Positions 48,252 to 58,116 of a stretch of DNA of 64,000 bases are shown here, in pieces. Position 1 is the stretch's first letter. The number at the start of each line of letters is the position of its first letter. This DNA is from an uncultured virus (IMG/VR IMGVR_UViG_3300038365_000169) (taxonomy: Duplodnaviria; Heunggongvirae; Uroviricota; Caudoviricetes). The stretch lies in IMG/VR virus record IMGVR_UViG_3300038365_000169; one strand, written 5' to 3'. The position numbers were made by a program, and so were the translations under genes. Below the pieces are notes generated by a model. It saw only the letters and a list, made by a program, of their open reading frames with translations. It was not told the DNA's origin and did no database searches.

Positions 48252-49373
48252 TTAGATTTTCCGATATGCGTCATAAACGCTACCGCTTACCTGCTCCGGT
48301 ACATGCTCCCATATCTCCTTCACCTTACGCTCATCCATGAATATGAAGCAGTCCACAGCTGAATTTATTAAATTCCTCATGTCCTCTGGATTGATGTCCC
48401 TTTTGATGGACATAAAGACTATACGCTCTATGGCACGTCTGAAGCTGTTGGCATGTATGGTGGTGAGCACGGATATGGTCAAGGCGCTTTCCAAAATGTC
48501 CACAATTTCGTCCGTTCGGGTCTCGCCTATGATGACATGCGATGGGTTTTGGCGCAATGAAGCTGTGAAAAGCTCCTTAATCCCCTTATGGGAGTTTGTA
48601 ATGAGCGATATCGGTACGTCAATCTTGAGCTCGCTGGTGTCCTCTATGGTGCATAAGTTGCGCTTTTCCTCTAGCCTATGATTTCCCATGTACTTTAAAA
48701 GGGTGGTCTTGCCGGAGCCAACCTCCCCAAACACTATGCAGTTGCCCTGATACGCATACCTGTGTATCGCTTCAGCTTGTGTGGGTGACACCTCAATAGA
48801 CTTTAAGTATTTTTCTGGGTCAAAATTGAGGGTTTTGCTGATGGTCTGCTTTCTGACCACAATGATGGGAAATTTGCCGGTCAGCAGGCTGCTGTGTATA
48901 AGGTTAAATCGGAATAATCCGATCTCTGCGTCTAAAATGGGGTTCCCGGTGTCAAACTTTTTCTCCGATACAAACATAATGTTGTCTATAAAATGGTTTA
49001 CAAATTTTTCGTATAGGTCGAAAAGATGAGGAGGTACCTCCGTACGAATTATCTCCTCCACATCTGAAACCATGTATCCACCCCTATGAATCATGATGTC
49101 AGAAAAGTTCTCATGCAAAAGATAGGAAAATATGGTGAACGGGCCGCCAGCCTCCATCTTGATTAAAGCCTCTAGATATGGATCACTGGTCTCTATTTTG
49201 TCAAATAGCTCATCAACCACCGCTTGGACCTCTGATTTCTTGTTGTAAAACTTTCTGTCCACTGCGGTTCTTTCCCTGTACTTGGCCAAGATGACCTCAA
49301 CAGCCTCAAGCTTCTTTTTGTCATTTAAACCGTTGAGAATGTTCATAAAGTTGTCTTTTCTTTCTCTTTGCAC
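48252..49373 (-). CDS. CpaF/TadA/VirB11-family secretion ATPase (second paralog)
   Basis: GEVGSGKTT, IEDTSEL, LRQNPSHVIIGETR, TTIHANS. Confidence 0.88.
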   Translation of the reverse strand: MQRERKDNFMNILNGLNDKKKLEAVEVILAKYRERTAVDRKFYNKKSEVQAVVDELFDKIETSDPYLEALIKMEAGGPFTIFSYLLHENFSDIMIHRGGYMVSDVEEIIRTEVPPHLFDLYEKFVNHFIDNIMFVSEKKFDTGNPILDAEIGLFRFNLIHSSLLTGKFPIIVVRKQTISKTLNFDPEKYLKSIEVSPTQAEAIHRYAYQGNCIVFGEVGSGKTTLLKYMGNHRLEEKRNLCTIEDTSELKIDVPISLITNSHKGIKELFTASLRQNPSHVIIGETRTDEIVDILESALTISVLTTIHANSFRRAIERIVFMSIKRDINPEDMRNLINSAVDCFIFMDERKVKEIWEHVPEQVSGSVYDAYRKI

Positions 49374-49402
49374 TTAAACCCTCCTTTCCGCATTTATATA
49401 TG

Positions 49403-50212
49403 TTAAATCCTGAATCTTCTTCTTACGTTACTAAGGTCCAGGGAGGTACTTTCACGTTTAATCTGCATTTTTGACAGTGCCGTAACTGTCGAGAGATCTG
49501 TAGAAGGGTCACAACCTTCTACCCATGCATGCATGTATTCCACCAGGTCCTTGATGTGCACAGGCTGTACGTCTGACTGGTGCCAGTCCTTGTTCTTCCA
49601 TATGGCTGCCCCTCGTTGGTTTACTATCACAGCGCAGCCCTTTACGGAACGTACGTCACATCCGCATCTGTTGAAAACCCTTCTCCAAATGAAGGTGGAT
49701 GGGTGAAGCTCCAAAATGGCCTTTCCTCCCACAGCTACAAGGTTGTTTCCGTCCAAATATATTGGGACCTCAGGGTCCGTCATGATGTTCTTGGCGTCCA
49801 AAATTAGCACGTTGCGTCCGTATAGTGCAACAAAGTCTGAATCTGATATATAGTCATTCCCTCCTGAGTTTTGGTCAGGATCACTCAATGAGGCGAATAG
49901 AATTACGTCCTCAAGCCTTTCGTCATATTTGATGATTCTCTCAAAATACTCTGCTAATGTCTCCTCACCCTTTATGCCCGCCTTAACCTTTAATATGTCG
50001 GAGCGTATCTCTGCGTCGTCCACCATAAAGTCAAGCTTGCTCATGCCACCCTCCACAGCTTGAAGCTGTGACTCAAGATTTTTTAGGGTAAGCTTTAACC
50101 CCTCAGCAGGATTGCCAAAAACGCGGTTGCCTGCCTTTAGCCTGTTCATGGCCTGAAGGGCCAGCTGCTTGTCCTCCAATGATATGTTCTCAACATCCTT
50201 AACAAGTCGCAT
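49403..50212 (-). CDS. NERD-domain nuclease-like protein
   Basis: GIKGE; DSDFVALYGRNVLILDAKN. Confidence 0.65.
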   Translation of the reverse strand: MRLVKDVENISLEDKQLALQAMNRLKAGNRVFGNPAEGLKLTLKNLESQLQAVEGGMSKLDFMVDDAEIRSDILKVKAGIKGEETLAEYFERIIKYDERLEDVILFASLSDPDQNSGGNDYISDSDFVALYGRNVLILDAKNIMTDPEVPIYLDGNNLVAVGGKAILELHPSTFIWRRVFNRCGCDVRSVKGCAVIVNQRGAAIWKNKDWHQSDVQPVHIKDLVEYMHAWVEGCDPSTDLSTVTALSKMQIKRESTSLDLSNVRRRFRI

Positions 50213-50296
50213 TCACTTGCCCTCCTTTAATTACTTTATGCTTATAAACTTGCAGCATCATTATGCTAACGATAAGTTTTATGGTTAGCACATTAA

Positions 50297-50689
50297 TCAG
50301 CGTGGATGCACAAATTTGCCCTGAATGTAGTCAAAAACCCTTATTGGGTTGCCATATATTTTTGCCAAACGAAAGCTATGTTCCGTTCCTGGTGATTTTC
50401 CGTCCCAAAATGCAACTACACCTCGTTTTTCCTGCTGTGATACGAATTTGTGCATTTCCTCATTTCTTATATATCCGGCTCTTTTGCCGTACATGTCCCA
50501 TTGGGCGGGAAATACCCTCAGTGGGTAGCTTTTGCTTTTGGCATACATCTCAGCAAGGCTGTCCGCTCCCTTGGCACCACCTGCAACCACCGTTATCTCC
50601 ATGTGGTTCTCAAGTAACATGTCTAAAATTTTGCATAACAGATGGTAGTTCTGAAACCCCCTGCTTCCTACCACCAAGAGATAGAACAT
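50297..50689 (-). CDS. SLOG/YspA-like (DUF2493) protein
   Basis: VGSRGF, GGAKGADSLAE, AGYIRNEEM, FWDGKSPGT. Confidence 0.8.
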   Translation of the reverse strand: MFYLLVVGSRGFQNYHLLCKILDMLLENHMEITVVAGGAKGADSLAEMYAKSKSYPLRVFPAQWDMYGKRAGYIRNEEMHKFVSQQEKRGVVAFWDGKSPGTEHSFRLAKIYGNPIRVFDYIQGKFVHPR

Positions 50690-50741
50690 CTTTTACCCTC
50701 CGATCTTGACCACTCCTAAAAGTAGGTTTAATTAGAATAAA

Positions 50742-50783
50742 CAAAGCCCCAGTGCAAGTCAGATGACCTACAGAGGGGCTTTG
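50742..50783 (-). terminator. Inverted repeat after topoisomerase operon
   Basis: CAAAGCCCC...GGGGCTTTG followed by T-rich sequence on the minus strand. Confidence 0.55.
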
Positions 50784-50791
50784 CTGTCCAT

Positions 50792-52174
50792 CTAGCCTCG
50801 AATTTCGTCAAAAAATTTCTCCTGCGCCTCGATGACGTCATAGGCTTCCTGAATGATTACGTCCCCAATTGTCACGATCTTGTACCTTAGCTCCTTTACG
50901 GCGTCCTCCTGGCGCTTTCTGGCAATTTCGTTCTTCGCCAGATTCTCGGGCAGAAAGGTGCGTGCGGCCTGTGACAGCACCAATGATGCATCCTCCTCGC
51001 CTGTCTCTGGGAAAAGATGCACAAAATGATTGACAACATCCTCGCTCTTCCATTCAATCATCTTTTTCTCCGCAAACTCCTTGATTAGGTCTATGCGGTG
51101 GATCGCAGCCTCAGCGTCAGCAACCATCTTCATGAGTCGTGCAGTTACCACCTGTGACCTGTCCTCAAACCATTCCCTGGCAATGTCCACCAGTGTGCCC
51201 TCCACCATGGTGTCCTGAAGGTGGTCCCAGAAGTAAATTTGCTCCTTACGGGCATTTCTGAGGCTGTACTTGTTGTAGTCCTCAGGTTCCAAATAGCCGT
51301 GGGGAACCACAATCCAGGTTGGTCTGCCCCTGCCGGAGCCGTCAATCACCTGCTTGGTGGCCCTGGTGGGTAGCTTTGACATCAGTTTGGGCATTACGCT
51401 GTCAGGAGTGCTTTTGGGTGGTAGGTTGGTGATGACGTCATAGCGCCCCTTCTTGTTGAGGTCGTTCATGTCCACCCCCTCATGAACCACCGCCTCGTAG
51501 TATATGTAGCCGTTGCTCTCCTCGTACCAGGTTTTGCATCCGGTTACACAGGTGGGTTCAGGTTCTAAAATGTTCCGGTCCCATCCGTTCATCCTTAGCT
51601 CGTCAATCCATTCAACTATTTCGCGAGCATTTCTTTCCCCAATATAGCAGCTTTTGCCGGTTCCAATCGGGCTATGTCCGTTTATCAGCGCAAAGGGTAA
51701 TGGGCTGGAGATGTAGTCTGGCTGCTCGAGACCGGTGTCATCAGGTGAAACAGGAACAAAAGGAATGTCCCTATAGATGGCCGTCAGCAGTGGGGTGCCT
51801 GAAACGCTGGTGTACCTGGCTGCTGCGCCCTCATCACCAGGAGCGGAGCCAAAATGGCCAATTCCCTCCAAAATACGCACAGCTACCTGGCTTTTGTATG
51901 CGGTGGCAACGCCCTTTATGGAGGCCTCAATCGATGAGTCCCCATGGGGGTGGTACTTGGCTACCTCGCCCTTAAGCTCCGCCGTTTTGTGCTCGTCATA
52001 CTCCTTAATGCCCACCTTATAGGCGGCAAAAATGATCTTTCGAACGACCTCAGGTAGCTGTTCGCGTGCGTCAATGCTGTTCTTTCCGTTCTTGTTGCTG
52101 TACTCCCAATACCCGCGGTATCCGCTCTTGGAATGTATGAACTCAGAAACCGTCATGCTGGTAATTTTGCTCAT
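50792..52174 (-). CDS. Type IIA topoisomerase subunit A (GyrA/ParC-like, no beta-pinwheel CTD)
   Basis: YHPHGDSS, GHFGS, AAARYT catalytic Tyr; only 460 aa. Confidence 0.88.
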   Translation of the reverse strand: MSKITSMTVSEFIHSKSGYRGYWEYSNKNGKNSIDAREQLPEVVRKIIFAAYKVGIKEYDEHKTAELKGEVAKYHPHGDSSIEASIKGVATAYKSQVAVRILEGIGHFGSAPGDEGAAARYTSVSGTPLLTAIYRDIPFVPVSPDDTGLEQPDYISSPLPFALINGHSPIGTGKSCYIGERNAREIVEWIDELRMNGWDRNILEPEPTCVTGCKTWYEESNGYIYYEAVVHEGVDMNDLNKKGRYDVITNLPPKSTPDSVMPKLMSKLPTRATKQVIDGSGRGRPTWIVVPHGYLEPEDYNKYSLRNARKEQIYFWDHLQDTMVEGTLVDIAREWFEDRSQVVTARLMKMVADAEAAIHRIDLIKEFAEKKMIEWKSEDVVNHFVHLFPETGEEDASLVLSQAARTFLPENLAKNEIARKRQEDAVKELRYKIVTIGDVIIQEAYDVIEAQEKFFDEIRG

Positions 52175-52186
52175 GTTAACCCTCCT

Positions 52187-53938
52187 TTACTCTATAATCC
52201 AGCTTTTCCCGCCCTGTGAGAATGCATGGTCCAAATTTTCCCATGCGCTTTCGTCCCACTCAAACTTGACAAGCTCGCGTGTGCTTTCGTTCATGATGAA
52301 CTTCTCCACCTCATCAGCGGACATGCCGCCTAAACCCTTCAAAGTGGTGACATGATAGCCGGAAGGGCAGTCATTTGCGTTGTCCGACCACAGCGTCTCC
52401 CTGCCGCGCTTTTTGAACAGATAGTGGGGTGTGTGCACATAGTACACCTTTCCGTCCTCCAGCACCCTTGTGAAGCGCGCAAAAATGGCCAGTAGAAGGC
52501 TGGCAATATGGCTTCCGTCTGCATCTGCATCTACCGCTATGATGATGCGCTTGTACTTGGTGTAGATCACCGCATTTAGAATCTGCTTGACCACCTCAGC
52601 ATTCATGGCCTTCTGCATCTCAAGGTTCCAGCAGTTTAAGATCTTGCCCCTGAGCGCAATGCAGGCCTGGGTCAATGGGTTTCTTTGGCTTTTCAGCCCG
52701 GAAATGGCGCTGTATCCCTCCGCAATGATCAGCTCGGCATTCTCCGCCTCGCCCAAAGCGGGCCAAAACATGCTGGTGTCGCTGTCCTTGATGGCCTTGG
52801 CCATATAGTGCTTTTCGGCCTCCCTGTAGAAGTGCTTGTACACCTCACCGGACCGCTGAAAGGCGTTTGCTGCCTGGGTGTAGGGGAATCGTATCTTGGT
52901 CTTGGTTTGGTCCTGATAGGCGGGATAGTCCTTGGAAAGGTACTTGAAGCTGATGGGCACCGGCATGGAGATGCGGTAGTCCTGAATCTCAATGGGAATG
53001 TCATGTGTGTACCTGCTCACCACAGGTGCGCCCTGCACAACACTGTCGATCTTCATGTTGGGGTCCTTGGATAGCGCCACCGTCCATGGTCCGTCCTTGA
53101 CTAAAACAGCGCCATGCTCCTTGCATTGCTCCAACCAGTCCGGAAGGTAGTTTTCGCTGCCCTTGTCCTTGGTCCAGTGATGCGTATAAACCAAGCTGTT
53201 TGGGCTTAAGCTGTCGTCACTGTATAGCTCAAAAATCACGTCACCAGATATTAACTCGCTGGTGCGTATGCGTGTGTACTTTTCCAGCCAGGCTAAATCA
53301 GGTAAGCGGTCGGGGAAAAGTGGGCTTCTTTCGTCCCACTCGACATCCACCATAAATCCGTTCTCCCAGTATGGCTGAAACTCCATCATGAAGTCCTTTT
53401 TGTCCACAGGGTTCTCTATCATGTCCCCATAGATCTGAGCAACAGCTTCGTCACGGTCCGTAAATTGGCCGGGGAGTGCATCAATGTTGTTCATGCACTC
53501 CTGTGTGCCGCACAAAAATCCGTCTATAAAGCGGTAGCCTTTTACCCCATTGCCGTCCAATACAGCAATGGTAAAGCGCTTGGATGTGAAGTTTGCAATG
53601 GTGAGCCCGACACCGTTGGCGCCAAGGGATTCCTCAACACCCTCATAGTTGCTGGAGCTGAACATCTTGGTGCATGCAATCCAGAGGTGGGTTTTGTCGG
53701 TACCCTCCTTGACCTCCGTGCTGATGCCATGCCCGTTATCCATAACCTGCAAGCGGTTCTTGCCGATGCGTATGACGCACTTGTTGGCCCTTTGGCCGCG
53801 CTCATTGACCACATCGAGCTCGTTGTCAATAATCTCCTTGCGCACAATGCTGGCAGGGATGTCCATGCCGGCAAACATCGGCAATCGCTTCCGCGCAAGG
53901 CTTCTGTCGTCAATTGTTTCAATTTTTCTGCCTGCCAT
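52187..53938 (-). CDS. Type IIA topoisomerase subunit B (GyrB/ParE-like)
   Basis: EIIDNELD, DNGHGI, GANGVG, AEGYSA, LRGKILN, DADADGSHI, KGLG. Confidence 0.9.
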   Translation of the reverse strand: MAGRKIETIDDRSLARKRLPMFAGMDIPASIVRKEIIDNELDVVNERGQRANKCVIRIGKNRLQVMDNGHGISTEVKEGTDKTHLWIACTKMFSSSNYEGVEESLGANGVGLTIANFTSKRFTIAVLDGNGVKGYRFIDGFLCGTQECMNNIDALPGQFTDRDEAVAQIYGDMIENPVDKKDFMMEFQPYWENGFMVDVEWDERSPLFPDRLPDLAWLEKYTRIRTSELISGDVIFELYSDDSLSPNSLVYTHHWTKDKGSENYLPDWLEQCKEHGAVLVKDGPWTVALSKDPNMKIDSVVQGAPVVSRYTHDIPIEIQDYRISMPVPISFKYLSKDYPAYQDQTKTKIRFPYTQAANAFQRSGEVYKHFYREAEKHYMAKAIKDSDTSMFWPALGEAENAELIIAEGYSAISGLKSQRNPLTQACIALRGKILNCWNLEMQKAMNAEVVKQILNAVIYTKYKRIIIAVDADADGSHIASLLLAIFARFTRVLEDGKVYYVHTPHYLFKKRGRETLWSDNANDCPSGYHVTTLKGLGGMSADEVEKFIMNESTRELVKFEWDESAWENLDHAFSQGGKSWIIE

Positions 53939-54183
53939 TTAGTCAATCCTCCTTTAAACCTTTACTTTATATTTTATCATGTATGGCTCTTTCTAACATA
54001 GTCAAGAGCATTTAGAGATTAAAGATTTTGTTAGAATTATTGCACTATTTTCATGCATAATCACTGCCATTTATCAATGGTTATGACATTCATCCCCAGA
54101 TCTTCATCAAATGCTTAGCCATTATGACTTTCATCCTTAAAATTGCTCTAAACCATATGGGCTCATTATATCGGCTAAAGGCC

Positions 54184-54579
54184 CTAAGCTTCTGATACTG
54201 GTAGCCTGACATCATCATGATCTTTATCATTCAACAGAAAAACGCTAAGACCAAGATTTAGAGTCTTATATGCGTTAAGATGGTTCATTTTGAGCGTTTG
54301 GTCACTCATGCCGTGCCATAACTCCCCATAGGCTTCTGACTTTCTTTTGACCATTAGGGGCTCAAGATTTATCTTGGAAAGGTCATAACCTATGATGTAG
54401 CATTTGAAACCTCCCATAACATGGGGAACCTCCTCCATGCATTTAACCACAACATCGGCATCTATGCTTTCAAGCTTGGAAAATACAGGTGCTGAACGTG
54501 TGATGCCATTCTCGCAAAAGACACGTCCAACACCAAATATTCCGTTTAGGTCAAAAAACTTTACAAATAGGTCCTTCAT
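54184..54579 (-). CDS. Hypothetical protein
   Basis: 131 aa with RBS. Confidence 0.5.
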   Translation of the reverse strand: MKDLFVKFFDLNGIFGVGRVFCENGITRSAPVFSKLESIDADVVVKCMEEVPHVMGGFKCYIIGYDLSKINLEPLMVKRKSEAYGELWHGMSDQTLKMNHLNAYKTLNLGLSVFLLNDKDHDDVRLPVSEA

Positions 54580-54621
54580 TCATATGCACTCCCTTTCGCA
54601 CTTTAGTTAGACATCTACAGC

Positions 54622-54816
54622 TTACGCAAGCTTTAGGTTCTCGGCACCCGTTGCCTTGGACTGGAGTTCATTACTGTAGCGTACAAAAACATACCTGTCA
54701 TTGACTGAAGTGATCATCCCATATTCAATCTGGCTCTTGGAGCATCCCTCAAAAGGTTTGTATACCACCGAACGGCCGATGTTCTCCCTAGCCTCCTGTA
54801 ATGTCATTTTTCTCAC
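54622..54816 (-). CDS. Small hypothetical protein (SH3-like pattern)
   Basis: IGRSVVY...EYGMITSVNDRYVFVRY; GGAGG RBS. Confidence 0.55.
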   Translation of the reverse strand: MRKMTLQEARENIGRSVVYKPFEGCSKSQIEYGMITSVNDRYVFVRYSNELQSKATGAENLKLA

Positions 54817-54893
54817 CTCCTATGTGATTTTATGGTCGAATATGATTTTGAGATTCTTCAAGTTCTTTCTTAGGTTGGGCTGCCATTCTGCCT

Positions 54894-54914
54894 CCCTTAT
54901 ATTAAATAAGTTTT
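54894..54914 (-). promoter_or_regulatory. Conserved upstream motif AAAACTTATTTAATATAAGGG
   Basis: Intergenic, downstream of a hairpin; matches the other copies. Confidence 0.55.
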
Positions 54915-54990
54915 GCTGCTGGTATATGTTAGCTTCGTAACATGAAGCACAGATTTCATCATTATAAGTTTGCCTTTGAGCATAAATAGG

Positions 54991-55031
54991 CTTGGGCAGG
55001 ATAGAGCTATAACGCCCAAACCCTGCCCAAG
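54991..55031 (-). terminator. Inverted repeat after CoA-transferase operon
   Basis: CTTGGGCAGG...CCTGCCCAAG 10-bp stem. Confidence 0.5.
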
Positions 55032-55037
55032 TTACCG

Positions 55038-55706
55038 TTACCCTACATACTTTCCCTGCTCGGGGTCGTATTTTTCTAAAACCTTAAAGTGCTTGCCGTC
55101 AGGCTTGTACACACCCTTGTCTGTGATTACTAAGTCTACGCATCCTTCTCCGGTTAGGGGGAGGTTGCATCTGTTTACAAGCTTGGAATCACCATTTTTG
55201 TCGTTCTCCACCATGCATACCACCACATGGCGTGCACCCCGTACCAGAGCCATTGCCCCACCGGGTCCGGCAAGAACCTCCCCACCGCTGTCCCAGTTTG
55301 CCATGTCCCCGTTGGCTGCTACCTGAAATGCGCCTAAAAATGTTGCATATATTCTCTTGCTGTTGATGAATGCAAATGCGTCGGCCAACGTTAACGTGCA
55401 GGCACCGTTCTCCATGGGTTGGAATGGTATGCCGGCTGGATCCACATGATGCATGTCATAGTCCCCCTCAGGCTCCAAATGGCGCCCCATTCCGATGCAG
55501 CAGCTCTCACCCTGAAGAAGAACGTCATTACGTCCCTCCCTCTCTAGGGTTTTGATGATGTTAAGAGGAATGCCCCACCCCACATTCACCACCAGCTCTC
55601 CCTGCCCGTCCTTTGCGGGTGGAATCTCCTGATAGGCACGGTCACAGATGGCCTGGCGTACCCTATCACGCTCCTCCTTTGTCATGCTGTAATAGTTTAT
55701 TTCCAT
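55038..55706 (-). CDS. Family I CoA-transferase subunit B
   Basis: VNVGWGIP, LQGE, LGAFQVAANGDMANW, GPGGAMALV, LPLTG, VITDKGV. Confidence 0.85.
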   Translation of the reverse strand: MEINYYSMTKEERDRVRQAICDRAYQEIPPAKDGQGELVVNVGWGIPLNIIKTLEREGRNDVLLQGESCCIGMGRHLEPEGDYDMHHVDPAGIPFQPMENGACTLTLADAFAFINSKRIYATFLGAFQVAANGDMANWDSGGEVLAGPGGAMALVRGARHVVVCMVENDKNGDSKLVNRCNLPLTGEGCVDLVITDKGVYKPDGKHFKVLEKYDPEQGKYVG

Positions 55707-55709
55707 CCA

Positions 55710-56405
55710 TTATGCCTCCTCCCAGTTGGTTTTGACACCCTTGTCTGTTTCGCTCTTTACGTATCCCTTGAGGTACTGGCCGGGAATGTAGGTCTCGTCA
55801 TAGCCCACCGGCCCCAGCTGGTATGCCTCAGCGAAGCAGTGCGTGCTGCAGCGTGCAATGTCCATGCAGTTGTAGCTGGTGCCTGTGTATCCAACATTAA
55901 AGGTAACTGGATCTAAACGGTCCGCTACCACCAGCGATATGTCAGCATTTAAAGCTGCCTCAAAAACCATTGGTTCGCCACCTGCAGGTATAAAGGCGTT
56001 TGCCTTCATCCATCCTGGAAATCTTTTCTCTGTGCGGTAAAGCTTGGCATAGCTGGCTGGTACTGCAATGCCGGGTAGATGGTTGGCTCCGGCTTGAAGC
56101 TTGAAGGCAAGAATGTCCATCGGTAGAATCTCCACATAGTCCAAATATTCCTCCCAGTTGCGTGAAAGAATACCTAAATGTGAGGTTATCAGGCGGGTGA
56201 CCTTTCCGGCATGTATGAGATCTGCGACATCTCCGTCAGGATCATACACAGCGTTTGTTTCGTTAAAAATAACGGTTAAATCGTTTACATCGCTCTTTAG
56301 AAGCTCCTTAACCAAAAGCTTGGGGTAGTAGGCGGAGTCCACCCCTGAAATGGCGATGGTTTGGCCGCTGTATAGATGCTCCCTGAGTTCCACATTGTGC
56401 TTCAT
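55710..56405 (-). CDS. Family I CoA-transferase subunit A (divergent)
   Basis: SGQTIAISG, LTVI, GKVTRLITSHLG, LAFKLQAGA, ALNADISLV; adjacent to subunit B. Confidence 0.75.
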   Translation of the reverse strand: MKHNVELREHLYSGQTIAISGVDSAYYPKLLVKELLKSDVNDLTVIFNETNAVYDPDGDVADLIHAGKVTRLITSHLGILSRNWEEYLDYVEILPMDILAFKLQAGANHLPGIAVPASYAKLYRTEKRFPGWMKANAFIPAGGEPMVFEAALNADISLVVADRLDPVTFNVGYTGTSYNCMDIARCSTHCFAEAYQLGPVGYDETYIPGQYLKGYVKSETDKGVKTNWEEA

Positions 56406-56450
56406 GCTCTCGTTCCTTTCCTGATTTATTGCCCCTAAAATGGATAGGGG

Positions 56451-57509
56451 CTAGTGCTGTGTCATCTCCTTTTTGCGCTGCTCGGCAATGCGTAGTGCTT
56501 CAGCCTTGGCCTTCTCGCGCTCCTCCTGCTTGGTGTCAAAAGCGGCAATTGCCTCCTCACGTGCCTGACGCTCACGTAGTGTTGCTCCAAATCCGCAGAA
56601 TTTAAAGGATACATCGTTCTTTAGCACGCATATTGCAATTTTCTTCCAGCATGGGCTGTAGGACACATCCTCACGAAGTACACGCTGCTGGCACATAAAG
56701 TCCATATTTTTGATCTGCTCCTGCATGGGCAATGAGCATCTATAAACGTCAAAAAGTCTCTCTAAGGCATTCCATACGTTCTCCAGGCTGTATCTTTGGT
56801 CGGATGGGTCCCAAACAATCTCTGATAGAATGTCCAGACACTCCTGTTGATTCTCAGCATGAAGTGGAAAACCCTCTATTTGGGCCGTTTTCCAGTACTT
56901 CTCGTACTTTTTGGATGGGGGTCCCTTGAGCGCAATCTCCACCGCACATGGGATCCATGAGCCGTACTTGGTGTCGTCCACATGTCTTTCCAGAATGTAT
57001 GTGAGCATTTCGTCCTGTGTGACAACTGCCCCGTCCGTCATTTGGGCAAGCTTCCACATCCTGGTGAGCAAGGGGCTCTGCCAGACCATCCATCCAAGAT
57101 TTCCCATGTCTTGCATGACAACCTTTAGGCATAGATAGGCCTGATTTGAAAGGCTTTCCTGTGGATACTTTCCCACATGCACCTTCATGCGCTTGGAACC
57201 AGCTAACCTCTCTAGCTTCTTCCAGGAGTGCTCCCCGTCCCTCTCATAGTGGTCGTCCACCACGGATTTGGTAAAATCGCTAGGAAGCTCCGTAAGTACC
57301 TCTAAACCGTTTATATTTACCTCGGATATGGACCCATCCTTGCAGTTCCAATGCTCAAAACTGGTAAGTATTTTTTCGTGCCATATGTCACGTAAGCCGC
57401 CATTATTGCCGGTAGAATTTACCAGCATCAGAGCATAGTCACGCCATGTGATGTGTATTCTGTCTAGCTCATTAAGTTCACTCATCTGCTCTGCTGTCAA
57501 TTGTGGCAT
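56451..57509 (-). CDS. Hypothetical protein, paralog of 61394..62281 (start moved to MPQLT behind GGAGGTG)
   Basis: HITWRDYALMLVNST...YPQESL...WKKIAICVLKNDVSFKFCGF...RERQAREEA. Confidence 0.7.
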   Translation of the reverse strand: MPQLTAEQMSELNELDRIHITWRDYALMLVNSTGNNGGLRDIWHEKILTSFEHWNCKDGSISEVNINGLEVLTELPSDFTKSVVDDHYERDGEHSWKKLERLAGSKRMKVHVGKYPQESLSNQAYLCLKVVMQDMGNLGWMVWQSPLLTRMWKLAQMTDGAVVTQDEMLTYILERHVDDTKYGSWIPCAVEIALKGPPSKKYEKYWKTAQIEGFPLHAENQQECLDILSEIVWDPSDQRYSLENVWNALERLFDVYRCSLPMQEQIKNMDFMCQQRVLREDVSYSPCWKKIAICVLKNDVSFKFCGFGATLRERQAREEAIAAFDTKQEEREKAKAEALRIAEQRKKEMTQH

Positions 57510-58080
57510 GCACATGCACCTCCATTTCCTCAAACTCATTATGAACCCTTCCGTCCACCTTACCGCTGGAATTTTTAACAATCTCCACAAAGGAGAAGCT
57601 GTCAACTGATTCCTTTAGATGGTTAAAAAGTACGTATCCAACCGACTTATGCTTTATGTTGGACATGCCCATTATGTAAACCTCAGGTAGTTGAAGTGTA
57701 ATGATTATTTTGACGTCATACTTTAGCAGTAGGTCAAACAGTTTGGCGACCTCAAAGTCACCATAAAAACCAATTCCGTCCACCAGTAGGGTTTTGCCCT
57801 TGCCGTTCAGCTCAACCAGTAACCCCTCAAGGTCGGAGGCATTTCCCTTGGCAAGTGTCTTGGGGGCTAATACCCCTAACTTGTCAGAAAGTAGGCTGAG
57901 CTCCTCAAGTGAAATTTCGTTGGAGAATACATGGCATTCGTCCGTCTGCCCCACTAAAAGTGACAGTGCCGTTTTCCCGATGCCGGTCTGGCCGGCAACA
58001 ACTACCACCCTTTTGTCAAAGCATTTGATCATGTTAAGCTTAAGATAAAGTGACTCTAACTCCCTTAAATGGCGCCTCAT
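57478..58080 (-). CDS. Small P-loop NTPase (RecA/DnaB-like, degenerate)
   Basis: AGQTGIGKT, LLVDG, IIITLQL. Confidence 0.6.
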   Translation of the reverse strand: MRRHLRELESLYLKLNMIKCFDKRVVVVAGQTGIGKTALSLLVGQTDECHVFSNEISLEELSLLSDKLGVLAPKTLAKGNASDLEGLLVELNGKGKTLLVDGIGFYGDFEVAKLFDLLLKYDVKIIITLQLPEVYIMGMSNIKHKSVGYVLFNHLKESVDSFSFVEIVKNSSGKVDGRVHNEFEEMEVHVHATIDSRADE

Positions 58081-58116
58081 GGCAACCCTCCTCTCTTTGC
58101 TAATGTTCCCAAATGT

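Noticed and set aside
53940..54183. AT-rich intergenic region as origin, oriT or ncRNA
   Set aside because: No iterons, DnaA-box cluster or convincing structure visible beyond one promoter-like motif
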